DNA of 64,000 nucleotides, taken from positions 1,056,001 through 1,120,000 of the forward strand of contig JBKBWQ010000001.1 in the NCBI GenBank assembly GCA_046314355.1, in the 5' to 3' direction. The stretch comes from Candidatus Altimarinota bacterium (GTDB taxonomy: Bacteria > Patescibacteriota > Gracilibacteria > 1-14-2-50-48-13). Of the stretch, positions 1-8,937 are shown in pieces. Under the pieces are notes generated by a model, which saw nothing but the letters and a program-made list of their open reading frames with translations, was not told where the DNA came from and made no database searches. Position 1 is the stretch's first letter, and each line of letters begins with the position of its first letter. The translations under genes and the position numbers were made by a program.

Positions 1-9
1 TAAAATAAA

Positions 10-1293
10 TTAGATAAAGAAAAGTGTTGCTGCTCCTACTCCAAGAATAAAGAAGAAAGCAATCAAAATAGCATTACCAAATACTTTTCCTCCAAAAATC
101 TTAGCAATCATCATTTTGGTAAATGTATTTGTAATCATCGCAAGCACGATGGCTTTTGCTGCTACAGATGAAGAGATCGTTCCATTAAGTGCCTGCTGTG
201 AAGCCTTGACGGCTACAGGATCCATATCTGCGAGACCTGAGAGAAAACTTACAATATATGTTCCATTTTCGCTAAAATATCTTACTGCTACTTCTGATAT
301 AAAAGATACGAAAAGGAAAAATAATGCAAACTTAAGTGCAGGTAGAATCTGAAAAGGACTCACAAGAGTAGGTTCTTTGGCGAGCACCTTATGGCTATCC
401 ATATACTTTTTATTGTATAGAACAAACCCTCCAATAATCAGGATACTTGTGAGCATCATTGCTCCAATCGGAAGCAGTATCGTCGGGAGGAGATCAATAT
501 TAAAGGATGCTACCCAAAATACTACTCGAAGAAACATCATAGTTGATGCAACTATCGTTGCTATGACAAATGGAAATATTACATGAGTATTCTTTTTACT
601 CTGTTCTGCCATAGATGATGTGGTCGCAGTGGATGATGCGATTCCTCCAAGAGCTCCCATAAGGATTATACCTTGGCTCGATCCTATTGTTTTGCTCAGA
701 ATATACCCTACATAACTGATACCTGAAATAAGCACTACAACCTTCCAGATATCATAGAGATTTATGACATTCCATGGATCCAATGCCTGATTTGGCAGGA
801 TCGGTAAGATTACAAATAAGATAACGGCAAATTTAAGTGTATTATAGAGTTCCTTTCTCTCAATATTATTAAAGATATTTGAAAGATAGCTTTTGGAAGA
901 AAGGATAATTGTAGTACCAATACCCACGATTACTGCAAGTCCTGCATGATTGGTAAGACAAAGCACTCCGAGCAGAAAAGTAAGAAGTCCTGAAAGCTCT
1001 GATGTAATACCAGCATGCTTTTCTACATACAGACCATAGACATAGTAGGCAAATATAAAAAGTGCAAGTATAGAGATCCCTCCGATAATTAATGCTGGGA
1101 AATTAAATTCCATAGTCAAAAATCCAATAATTGCTCCAAAAAGAGCAAGAAGAATATGAGTTCTGACTCCACCGTAGAGTTTTCTAGGTATATGATCTTT
1201 TTCATATCCTCTCTGAACTATCTCTCGTTCAGTCCCGATAAGTCCTGCAAGAGCAGCTGCTGTAAAAAAATGAAGAAGTACCTGAAGATCCAT
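10..1293 (-). CDS. MgtC/SapB-family membrane protein with C-terminal DUF4010-like domain
   Basis: 427-aa polytopic protein; N-terminal 'LIGTERE...GGVRTH' MgtC motif, then 'GITSE', 'LPILPN', 'GGIASSTATT', 'GLADMD' typical of MgtC-DUF4010 proteins. Confidence 0.85.
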   Translation of the reverse strand: MDLQVLLHFFTAAALAGLIGTEREIVQRGYEKDHIPRKLYGGVRTHILLALFGAIIGFLTMEFNFPALIIGGISILALFIFAYYVYGLYVEKHAGITSELSGLLTFLLGVLCLTNHAGLAVIVGIGTTIILSSKSYLSNIFNNIERKELYNTLKFAVILFVILPILPNQALDPWNVINLYDIWKVVVLISGISYVGYILSKTIGSSQGIILMGALGGIASSTATTSSMAEQSKKNTHVIFPFVIATIVASTMMFLRVVFWVASFNIDLLPTILLPIGAMMLTSILIIGGFVLYNKKYMDSHKVLAKEPTLVSPFQILPALKFALFFLFVSFISEVAVRYFSENGTYIVSFLSGLADMDPVAVKASQQALNGTISSSVAAKAIVLAMITNTFTKMMIAKIFGGKVFGNAILIAFFFILGVGAATLFFI

Positions 1294-1356
1294 GAAAACA
1301 AAGAAAAAAACTATTCATCTCATTGTACCATAAAGTACTCTATAAAATCCTCTCTT

Positions 1357-2451
1357 TTATAAAAATTCTGCATACAATACTCCTTTCTTTTCTCCATGAA
1401 ATTCTTTCACAATTAATTGGAAATCTTCAAATCCTATTTCCATTGCTAGTTTTTCATATTCTATATAATCATCTTCTCTAAATTTATTTTTCACCTCAAA
1501 TGCCTGAGTTTTATTGAGTATAAAATCAATCTCTTTCCAATTTGTATGCATTGCGTACTCTAAGTGTCCATATTGCCGGAGCTGCAGAAATACCGCATTT
1601 TCAAATAGTGCTCCCTCATCTGGATGAGCAAACATCTTTAGAAGTCCTGTATCAAAAAAATATAGTTTTACCTGATCTGACTCTAGTCCTTGGTGTCTTC
1701 TTACAAGAAAAAACAGACCAGAGGCTTCAAGAAAATAGAGTATGGCTTCAAATTCTTCTTTCGTCATGTCTAGACTTAAAGATGCAAGTCCTATATCAAG
1801 AGGTTTTCCTACCCAGCGCAGTAAAAGAATAATAATACTTTTGATCTGCAAAGGAGAAATACCCGCTGTCTCCGCAAGTGTCCTTATTATTTTTCCTTCA
1901 ATCTCTTTTAAGCACATATCTTTTTCTTCGGGATTTTGTGATACTACTTCAGGCATACCTCCAAAAGTCATGTACTGCGTAAATAAAGCCTCAGCTGAAT
2001 ACATACTCTGCTTATTCAATATTTTGTTCCCATTAAGTAATTCTCGGAAGGAAAAAGGATGAAGCGTAAGAGATTCTACATTCAGAATATTCTCTGATAA
2101 TGGTGCTCTCGTAGCTGCAATGAAAGTCAAATTCTCCTTTTTATTTAAGAGAGTGTAGATCGAAGAAACATCTGCAAAATTATGAATATCATCTAACAAC
2201 ACAAGAAAATGGCGCGAACTTTGAAAGCCCACTTCTGATATTCTTTCAAGAAACAACAGTAATACCTCCCTGTCTTGTCTAGTCTTTAAAGAAAAGAACA
2301 CAACTTCCACTTTTTCTCGGTATAAGTCCATTATTATTTTCAGCAAAGTCGTTTTACCCACTCCCGGAAGACCATGAATAACTACAGACTTATTTGAAGA
2401 GAGGGATTTTTCAAGATATTTGAGAATATTCCGTTGAATGAAGGTCTGCAG
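1357..2451 (-). CDS. AAA_14-family ATPase with C-terminal DUF4143-like (PD-(D/E)xK-like) domain; start codon uncertain
   Basis: Frame stays open upstream of the listed ORF and completes Walker A HGLPGVGKT; Walker B LLDDIH; 'FGGMPEV', 'KLYFFDTGL', 'LFENAV', 'EIDFI...AFEVK'. The first plausible in-frame start is CTG at 2451. Confidence 0.8.
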   Translation of the reverse strand: MQTFIQRNILKYLEKSLSSNKSVVIHGLPGVGKTTLLKIIMDLYREKVEVVFFSLKTRQDREVLLLFLERISEVGFQSSRHFLVLLDDIHNFADVSSIYTLLNKKENLTFIAATRAPLSENILNVESLTLHPFSFRELLNGNKILNKQSMYSAEALFTQYMTFGGMPEVVSQNPEEKDMCLKEIEGKIIRTLAETAGISPLQIKSIIILLLRWVGKPLDIGLASLSLDMTKEEFEAILYFLEASGLFFLVRRHQGLESDQVKLYFFDTGLLKMFAHPDEGALFENAVFLQLRQYGHLEYAMHTNWKEIDFILNKTQAFEVKNKFREDDYIEYEKLAMEIGFEDFQLIVKEFHGEKKGVLYAEFL

Positions 2452-2617
2452 ATCATTACGAAAAAGAAATAATATAGATCATTGTACTTGATATAACAAA
2501 AATGAAAAGCTCTCTCATCCTTGAGTATATGAAGTGACAAATGTATAAGCTGTCATGAGTAAATTCTCGCTTATTGTAGGATTTTACATATAATTCACTA
2601 AAAATTAACCCTCCGGC

Positions 2618-3721
2618 ATGTTCAAAGTTAGGTATCCAGCATCTTTTCTACTGATGATAGTTCTATGTTGTTTTTCCTTTACATATATTCCTCATGCAAA
2701 TGCTATAATCATATTCTCAAATGATGTATTTAAGAACGATTCGGATACATTTATAATAGATGGTGATGGAAGCTCCTCCACTTCTGTAACTTTACAGTTT
2801 GGAAGCAATACGGATAACTATCTCTCATGGCAAATACCTGCAGATCAATTTTATCTCAGTAATGACCTCGCAGTAGCGGGTAATATTCATCTTGAAGGAA
2901 ATAGCGTCGTTTTAAACTCTACGAATGCAAATACTATTCCTGCTCATATTGTAGCATATCAAGATGGTACTAATAATGGAGAAATACGCTATAATACCGT
3001 CACCAACCAATGGGAAATTAGTAATAATGGAGGGAAATTTAACCCGATTTCAAATACCCGTTTATTATCTTATGTAGACGAAGAGTTTTCACGGGACCGA
3101 GCTAATATTACCTCAGATGGAAATCAGGTATGGGGAGACATGCAGTCCTTTGGGCTTGATGAAGCAAATAACTGCACGTTTAGTGTTCTAGATGATGAGG
3201 TAGGTGGTATCGGAAGAATTGCGACCTCTAATAATGCTATAAATAATTGTCTTGCCTATCATTCTAATGCAACAGGAAATGCCCAGCTTATATTTCAAAT
3301 AGATACTCTCTACAGTATCATTGCAAAAGTGCGACCATCGGAAGCGAATGCTAATACTAACTTTTTTGTAGGTATCAGTGATACTGCATCTGCTGCAAAT
3401 ATCCCAAATAATGGTATTTATTTCACAAATAGTGAAGGAAATTGGATAGGAGTTACTCGTGCAAACGGTATTTCTACTGAGATTGCATGTAATAAATCAA
3501 TTTCCACTTCAGAATTTTCTCTTGTTCGTATCAAAATTGATGCTTCAAATAGCATATCCTTCTATATAGACAGTGATCTTTCAGATACTGAAAATATGGA
3601 GCTTTGCGGTACTTCATCTACAAATATTCCTACAGAAAAACTCAGCTCTTTCCTTAAACTAGGATCTAACGCAACTAATAGATTTTTTGACATAGATTTC
3701 TACAGAGTATGGGCATATTAA
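2618..3721 (+). CDS. Secreted/surface beta-rich hypothetical protein
   Basis: Signal peptide ending 'PHANA'; N/S/T-rich, beta-like C-terminal region ending 'DIDFYRVWAY'. Confidence 0.65.
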   Translation: MFKVRYPASFLLMIVLCCFSFTYIPHANAIIIFSNDVFKNDSDTFIIDGDGSSSTSVTLQFGSNTDNYLSWQIPADQFYLSNDLAVAGNIHLEGNSVVLNSTNANTIPAHIVAYQDGTNNGEIRYNTVTNQWEISNNGGKFNPISNTRLLSYVDEEFSRDRANITSDGNQVWGDMQSFGLDEANNCTFSVLDDEVGGIGRIATSNNAINNCLAYHSNATGNAQLIFQIDTLYSIIAKVRPSEANANTNFFVGISDTASAANIPNNGIYFTNSEGNWIGVTRANGISTEIACNKSISTSEFSLVRIKIDASNSISFYIDSDLSDTENMELCGTSSTNIPTEKLSSFLKLGSNATNRFFDIDFYRVWAY

Positions 3722-3723
3722 TT

Positions 3724-3969
3724 TTATTCATGCCACTTCATCTTCATATAGACATTGCCAGCTTTCAGCTCTGAGAGCATTTGATCAAGACGCTTTTGCT
3801 TCGTCTCCTCACGTACTCCACGCGTTATCCAGCTTATATAATCATTTTGCTGATATGAAGGGCGTGCTTTGTAAAGATCTACTACTTTATGTTCAATAAG
3901 TGCTTTTTCAATGTATACAGGCACTTCATTAGGTTCTCTTTTGAGATTTTTCGAGACAGTAATTTTCAT
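3724..3969 (-). CDS. YdeI/OmpD-associated family protein
   Basis: 'RPSYQQNDYISWI...ETKQKRLDQMLSELKAG' pattern; likely start ATG 3969 (MKITVSK). Confidence 0.8.
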   Translation of the reverse strand: MKITVSKNLKREPNEVPVYIEKALIEHKVVDLYKARPSYQQNDYISWITRGVREETKQKRLDQMLSELKAGNVYMKMKWHE

Positions 3970-3973
3970 ATGT

Positions 3974-4870
3974 CTATGATGTAAGAATAGAAATAATCTC
4001 TTTTCTTGCCTTTTTTGATTCAGGAAAGAAGAGAAGCGGCCAGTTATGAACCATATAATGATATTCATGATAACCGATATTTACCTTCGCTACCTTACAT
4101 TTCTCAACAAATTTCCTGCAGTCTGGTAAACAGAGTTCATGGGTCCCTACAAAAAGATCAATCTGCGGGAGTCCTTTCATATTGCCATAAAGAGGACTCA
4201 CTAAGTAGTAAGATGCTTCTACATCACCAGCATACACTGATCCTATCTCTCTTGTACCAGGGATAGCAAGTATTGGATCCAAAGATTCTATTGGATACAT
4301 ATCAGGATTACTGACAGTCATATCCACAGATGGAGAAAGGGCAACAATTCTTGCAGGCTGGGCGATACTTCTTTCAGTGAGTAGCTGTGAAAGAGCAAGA
4401 GCAATAGAAGCTCCTGATGAATCTCCCATCAAAATCAGATTATTTTTATCGGATTCATGAAGGGTTTTTTCATATAACGGCACCAGTATTTCAAATACAT
4501 CCTTGTAAGAGTAGTCAGGAGCGAGAGGATACATGGGAAGAATAATCCTATATCCAGTATGGTTTATCAAGTATTTCAAAAATCTCCAGTGCAATTGGGA
4601 TATTTCCGCGACATAGCCTCCTCCATAGAGATAAAAGATCGTTTTAGAATATTTTTTATTCTTTGGTTCTAAAACAAAGTAAGTATGATTCTTTATTGTT
4701 TCTTTCTTCCATTGGATTGACCAGCTCACATCCAAGGGTGGCTCACATTTATGTATATCTTGAATAGCCTCAATACAATTCCACAGCTCAGATCCTGTCA
4801 ATTGATAGAGTCTATTATAGTGAATGAATTTTAGAAATGATTTTGTAAGACGGCTTTGGATACTTTCCAT
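3974..4870 (-). CDS. Alpha/beta hydrolase (HSL-type esterase/lipase)
   Basis: YGGGY oxyanion motif, GDSSG nucleophile elbow, C-terminal 'MVHNW' His. Confidence 0.88.
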   Translation of the reverse strand: MESIQSRLTKSFLKFIHYNRLYQLTGSELWNCIEAIQDIHKCEPPLDVSWSIQWKKETIKNHTYFVLEPKNKKYSKTIFYLYGGGYVAEISQLHWRFLKYLINHTGYRIILPMYPLAPDYSYKDVFEILVPLYEKTLHESDKNNLILMGDSSGASIALALSQLLTERSIAQPARIVALSPSVDMTVSNPDMYPIESLDPILAIPGTREIGSVYAGDVEASYYLVSPLYGNMKGLPQIDLFVGTHELCLPDCRKFVEKCKVAKVNIGYHEYHYMVHNWPLLFFPESKKARKEIISILTS

Positions 4871-4947
4871 AATATGAGGTTATTCTCAGATACATTAGTC
4901 TACTAATAAAAAGACTTCATGGCAAGAATGCCTCAAATATTGATTTA

Positions 4948-4987
4948 GAATGGCTTGCCATTCGTAGCTCCGTCGAGGAACGAAGAC
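4948..4987 (-). repeat. tRNA 3' trailer hairpin, shared with the tRNA-Leu trailer
   Basis: gccattcgtagct.cg...a.cgaaga.tgg occurs here and at 51479-51511, each abutting a tRNA CCA end. Confidence 0.65.
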
Positions 4988-5033
4988 TGGAGCCGCCACG
5001 GAGGATTGAACTCCGGGCCTCGTCCTTACCAAG
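4988..5033 (-). pseudogene. 3' half of the split host tRNA-Thr(GGT), left junction of the element
   Basis: Reverse complement CTTGGTAAGGACGAGGCCCGGAGTTCAATCCTCCGTGGCGGCTCCA contains the anticodon loop, T-arm, 3' acceptor strand and CCA; it pairs with the 5' half at 13632-13671. Confidence 0.92.
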
Positions 5034-5116
5034 TATAGAAGATAAAGAGAGAGTATAGATAGTGGCTCTGAAAGATACTAAGGATTAACTGAACATCAAA
5101 ATGTGTCATCGTGCTG

Positions 5117-5158
5117 GAGGACCACATCCAAGAATGAATGCATAGATGTTATCTTTTA
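5117..5158 (+). repeat. Secondary repeats at the element's left end (putative recombinase arm/core sites)
   Basis: GAGGACCACATCC (5117-5129) is identical to 13622-13634; ATGTTATCTTTTA (5146-5158) matches 13581-13593 at 12/13. Confidence 0.65.
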
Positions 5159-5299
5159 TGCAAAAATACTCAAGTTTTATTAAGAAGTGTTAGAATCAAG
5201 GGTAGTATTAATAACTACCATAATTGAATAGAGGAGCTACTTTTATGTTGTATCCTTCCTTTTTTCTTGCTACTATTCAACATATTTTTTATTCACTTT

Positions 5300-5491
5300 A
5301 TGGAATTTCTGCAAAACTTATTAAATGGTAACGAAGGAGTAATTGCCTTTTGCGGCATAATAATAACATTATTAGCTGGTGCTGGAGTTGTATGGTACTT
5401 GAAAAATAAACAAACTATAAAAAGTGGTAAAAAAAGTATAAATCAGCAAACCAATGTAGGAAATAATATAAATTCAGGAAATATTAAGTAA
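5300..5491 (+). CDS. 63-aa single-pass membrane protein with Q/N/S/G-rich C-terminal tail; putative effector of the adjacent defence operon
   Basis: ATG at 5300; hydrophobic segment VIAFCGIIITLLAGAGVVWYL; tail KQTIKSGKKSINQQTNVGNNINSGNIK; TAATG overlap with the next gene. Confidence 0.75.
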   Translation: MEFLQNLLNGNEGVIAFCGIIITLLAGAGVVWYLKNKQTIKSGKKSINQQTNVGNNINSGNIK

Positions 5492-6054
5492 TGATATTCT
5501 CAAAACAATCCTCAGTATCAGGCGAAGGTTCCTTGACTCAACAAACTCAACAAGGGGACAATTATAGTTATAATAATTGTACCTTTTCTGGCGATGTAAA
5601 ACACGAACAAGAGGATTATGGAATAATTCAAGAAATTTTAGTTTATGCTTTAAGCAATATATCTGAAGGAGAAAATCCAATTGATGGTTACCTAAAGCTT
5701 AGAGATAAGATACAGCTAAATTTTCCTTCAGAAGATGAGCAAAAAATAGTAAATCAATATTTGACATGTGCATATATAAAATATCCGGCAATACAAGAGC
5801 AAATCAAATTGGCAGGTCCAGAAGTTGAGATACAGCTTCAAACACATATCTTTAGATTATATAGAAAATTATTTAAGGAAGGAAAAAATAATATTGATAT
5901 ACTTGAAGAGCTTTTTGACAATTTTGTATTGGTTGGAAAAAAACAGAACCCTGCTTATACTCAGATTGCTCAAGCATTTGTATTATTCTTCTTTGATGAC
6001 TGTACAATTTTTGAAAAAACTCCTCAGGATCAGCAATTAACTTTAAGTATGTAG
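5491..6054 (+). CDS. ABC-three-component/Lamassu LmuA-like protein (CTD only) with N-terminal Q/N/S/G-rich motif
   Basis: C-terminal 'AFVLFFFDDCTIFEK' resembles the FFxxCxIFE end of ABC-3C C-terminal domains; sits upstream of the small middle component and the SMC-like ATPase. Confidence 0.75.
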   Translation: MIFSKQSSVSGEGSLTQQTQQGDNYSYNNCTFSGDVKHEQEDYGIIQEILVYALSNISEGENPIDGYLKLRDKIQLNFPSEDEQKIVNQYLTCAYIKYPAIQEQIKLAGPEVEIQLQTHIFRLYRKLFKEGKNNIDILEELFDNFVLVGKKQNPAYTQIAQAFVLFFFDDCTIFEKTPQDQQLTLSM

Positions 6055-6055
6055 T

Positions 6056-6292
6056 ATGCTTATTCCATCAAAACATGAAGCACTTTCAAATAATACTTTA
6101 GTACTAGGCGCTCTAGTACTAAAAAAGATTAAAAAAGATACTTTTAATATTGAAGATCTATTTCAAAATCTCATCAAGTCAAATCTCATTTCACTTGATG
6201 ATTATTACGATACCCTTTCTTTTTTATGGTGTGCTGATTTGATTGAAGTTAAAAAATTACAAATAATCTTAAAAGAGAATGTTATTGCATAA
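6056..6292 (+). CDS. ABC-three-component middle component (LmuC-like)
   Basis: 78 aa; 'MLIPSKH...LVLGA...L.FLW..DLI' pattern of short middle components; overlaps the ATPase start. Confidence 0.78.
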   Translation: MLIPSKHEALSNNTLVLGALVLKKIKKDTFNIEDLFQNLIKSNLISLDDYYDTLSFLWCADLIEVKKLQIILKENVIA

Positions 6293-8057
6293 ATTATATT
6301 TAGAACCACAAAGTTATTTTGAACCAATTGAGTTTAAATTGGGGTTTAATTTTATATATGCAAAGAAAGATCAAGCATCTGATAAAAAGAAATCACTAAA
6401 CGGAGTAGGAAAATCGTTATTATTAAACTTAATTGATTTTTGTCTACTTTCTTCAGAGACTGAGCATATTAAATCAGCAAAAAAGAATAATAACTTAGTA
6501 GGACACTATGTGGTACTAGAGTTTAGTGTTAATGGTGAGAATTATATTATTAAACGACCTTTCTATAAACCTAATCAATCTATTTTCTTTGGAAAGATTA
6601 ATGAAGAGTTATTAGAATATAAACACTCAGATGTACACAGAAACCTATCTCAGATGCTCTGTGATTTGATTTTTAAAACACCATATACAGGAAAATACTC
6701 AAATACATGGCTTAGAAAGTTGATGCCATTTTTCATGAAAATTCAATCAGGAAAAAATAAAGTTAACTTTAAGGATCCTATTAACTATCTGAGCTCAACA
6801 AAGGAAATGGAGCTTATTTCCTATCACTTATTTTTGTTAGGTATCGATAATAGCCTTTTTTTTAAGAACTTTGAAGTTATGTCCTTGCTTAAAGAAAAAA
6901 TACCCGCACTAGGGCAGGTAAAATCTTTGGTAACTGAATCATATGAGTTAGATGTTGATCAAGCTGAAAATGAAATCACAAAACTTAGGGGACAAATAAA
7001 AAAATTTGAAGATCAAATTGAAAAATTTAAACTAGCTAAACAGTATGAGAATGTTGAACAAGAAAGTAATGCTCTTACTGGGGAAATAAAGAAGTTACTT
7101 TTTGAGAACTATCAAACAAAGAAAAAAATTGAATCATATGAAGCAAGCTTTACTATTGATAACCATATCAATGTTACGAAAATTGCAAATGCATATAAGG
7201 ATTTAAATAAGCTATTAGCGGAAAATATTAAGAAGACACTAAATGAAGCAATTGCATTTCGTAAAAGCCTTGCTGAATCTAGAAAAGAATTTTTACGAGC
7301 AGAAATTAATGCTCTATTATTAGAATTGAAAGATAGAGAAGATCGTATGACAAAATTAGAGGAAGAAAGAGCTAGATTATTTCGTTTTCTTGATGCAGAC
7401 AAAGCAATTAATGAGTTGTCAGAAGCTTATTTAAATTTAGGTGAAAAGAAAACATACTTAGGAAAGATGGAAGGCACAATGAGAATTTATAGAGATCTCA
7501 AACGTGAAATTGCTGACCTAAATGCAAATGCTAATCAAATTTATGCAGAGATAGAAAGCCTCATGGATACTATTCAAATAACTTTAGATAGTTTTCGTTC
7601 ATTGTTCTTTGAAGTTCATGATGCTATATATACCGAAAACCCAGATCAGGCACAATTTATATTTAATACAAATCCTAAAAAAGACTCTAAATTAAATATT
7701 AACGTAGAATTACCCTCTGAGTTAGCATACGGAAAAAATAGAGGACGAACCTTAGTATATGATATCACCGTATTACTTCATCTAGTACAACAAAATATTA
7801 ATGCCCCTCATTTCTTAGTACATGACGGGATCTTTGATGGTATAGATAGATCACATTTTATTGCGCTCTATAATTATTTATCTACTAAGACCAAGGATTC
7901 TCAATTTCAATACATAATCACCTTTAATCAAGAAGGTACCGTAAAGGATCTAGATTTTGGTGAAGGTGCTGAAGAACTCACTACAAGACGCATTGAACAT
8001 GAAGCAATTATTACTTTGTCATCATCTAAACCTTTATTTGGGCATAAATGGAAGTAA
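6279..8057 (+). CDS. SMC/Rad50-like ABC ATPase, DUF2326-like (short Lamassu LmuB-like)
   Basis: Walker A NGVGKS followed by LIDFCL; long central coiled coil; signature-like 'YGKNRG'; Walker B/D-loop FLVHDGIFDGID; 'QYIITFN'; C-terminal 'LFG'. Confidence 0.88.
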   Translation: MLLHKLYLEPQSYFEPIEFKLGFNFIYAKKDQASDKKKSLNGVGKSLLLNLIDFCLLSSETEHIKSAKKNNNLVGHYVVLEFSVNGENYIIKRPFYKPNQSIFFGKINEELLEYKHSDVHRNLSQMLCDLIFKTPYTGKYSNTWLRKLMPFFMKIQSGKNKVNFKDPINYLSSTKEMELISYHLFLLGIDNSLFFKNFEVMSLLKEKIPALGQVKSLVTESYELDVDQAENEITKLRGQIKKFEDQIEKFKLAKQYENVEQESNALTGEIKKLLFENYQTKKKIESYEASFTIDNHINVTKIANAYKDLNKLLAENIKKTLNEAIAFRKSLAESRKEFLRAEINALLLELKDREDRMTKLEEERARLFRFLDADKAINELSEAYLNLGEKKTYLGKMEGTMRIYRDLKREIADLNANANQIYAEIESLMDTIQITLDSFRSLFFEVHDAIYTENPDQAQFIFNTNPKKDSKLNINVELPSELAYGKNRGRTLVYDITVLLHLVQQNINAPHFLVHDGIFDGIDRSHFIALYNYLSTKTKDSQFQYIITFNQEGTVKDLDFGEGAEELTTRRIEHEAIITLSSSKPLFGHKWK

Positions 8058-8147
8058 CAACATACTCTATGGATAGATTTCAGTATATTCCTTAATATAC
8101 AAGTTGAGATATTAATATTCAGTCATGTAAGAGAACAGTATATGAAA

Positions 8148-8897
8148 TTATTGTGTTATGATGCAGGCTCGTGTTGAACCGTAGACACACTCTTGCTTAA
8201 GGTAGTCATAATACATAGGGCGAACTACAAGTGCGTAGAGAATACTCAATGTGATAATGACGCCGCAAATAAATACCCATAATGGTACAACTCGTTTTTT
8301 GTTAATGACAGATATCTTCTTAATTAAATCCTGAGACTTTGCTTTTAATTGAGGTAGTAAAGGAGGTTGACTCTTCTCTTCAGCAATAGGAATATTATTT
8401 TTTGCATAGTATGGATGTCGTAGACAGAAAATACTTCCTATAACTATCGCTATGTTAATTGCTCCTATGGGTCCACCGCCAGTGATAACAGTCCGAATAC
8501 ATTGATAGGCTATACTTAGCTTTAGAAATATTCTACTTCTCTTTCTGGTTATAAAAACTCCAACAATATCTAAAACAAAGAATGCTGTAGTAATCACAAT
8601 AAAGGTTGTCTTTGAACTTTCAGATATTCCTTTAAGATTTTGAAAAAAGTAAAGTCCTACAGCAAGTGTTAATATTCCAGAAATAAGGTAGGCAATACTC
8701 GTAAAAGTAGCTATACCCGGTAGAGTATTTTCATCTATGATTTTCTCCTCTTCTTTCTTTTTCTGAAATTCTTGGTTAATTTTCGATGCTGTTTCTTGAT
8801 TATATTCTTCACCTTTCATTTCTTCTCCACATTTCTGGCAGTATTGGTACTCATAGCTCTGTACATTGCCGCAGTGTAAGCATTTTTCTTCTTTCAT
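8148..8897 (-). CDS. Zinc-ribbon-containing membrane protein
   Basis: N-terminal CxxC-x10-CxxC followed by about five hydrophobic segments. Confidence 0.65.
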   Translation of the reverse strand: MKEEKCLHCGNVQSYEYQYCQKCGEEMKGEEYNQETASKINQEFQKKKEEEKIIDENTLPGIATFTSIAYLISGILTLAVGLYFFQNLKGISESSKTTFIVITTAFFVLDIVGVFITRKRSRIFLKLSIAYQCIRTVITGGGPIGAINIAIVIGSIFCLRHPYYAKNNIPIAEEKSQPPLLPQLKAKSQDLIKKISVINKKRVVPLWVFICGVIITLSILYALVVRPMYYDYLKQECVYGSTRACIITQ

Positions 8898-8937
8898 AAA
8901 GTAGTTGATAAATAAGTAATTCAGCTAACCTATATTC

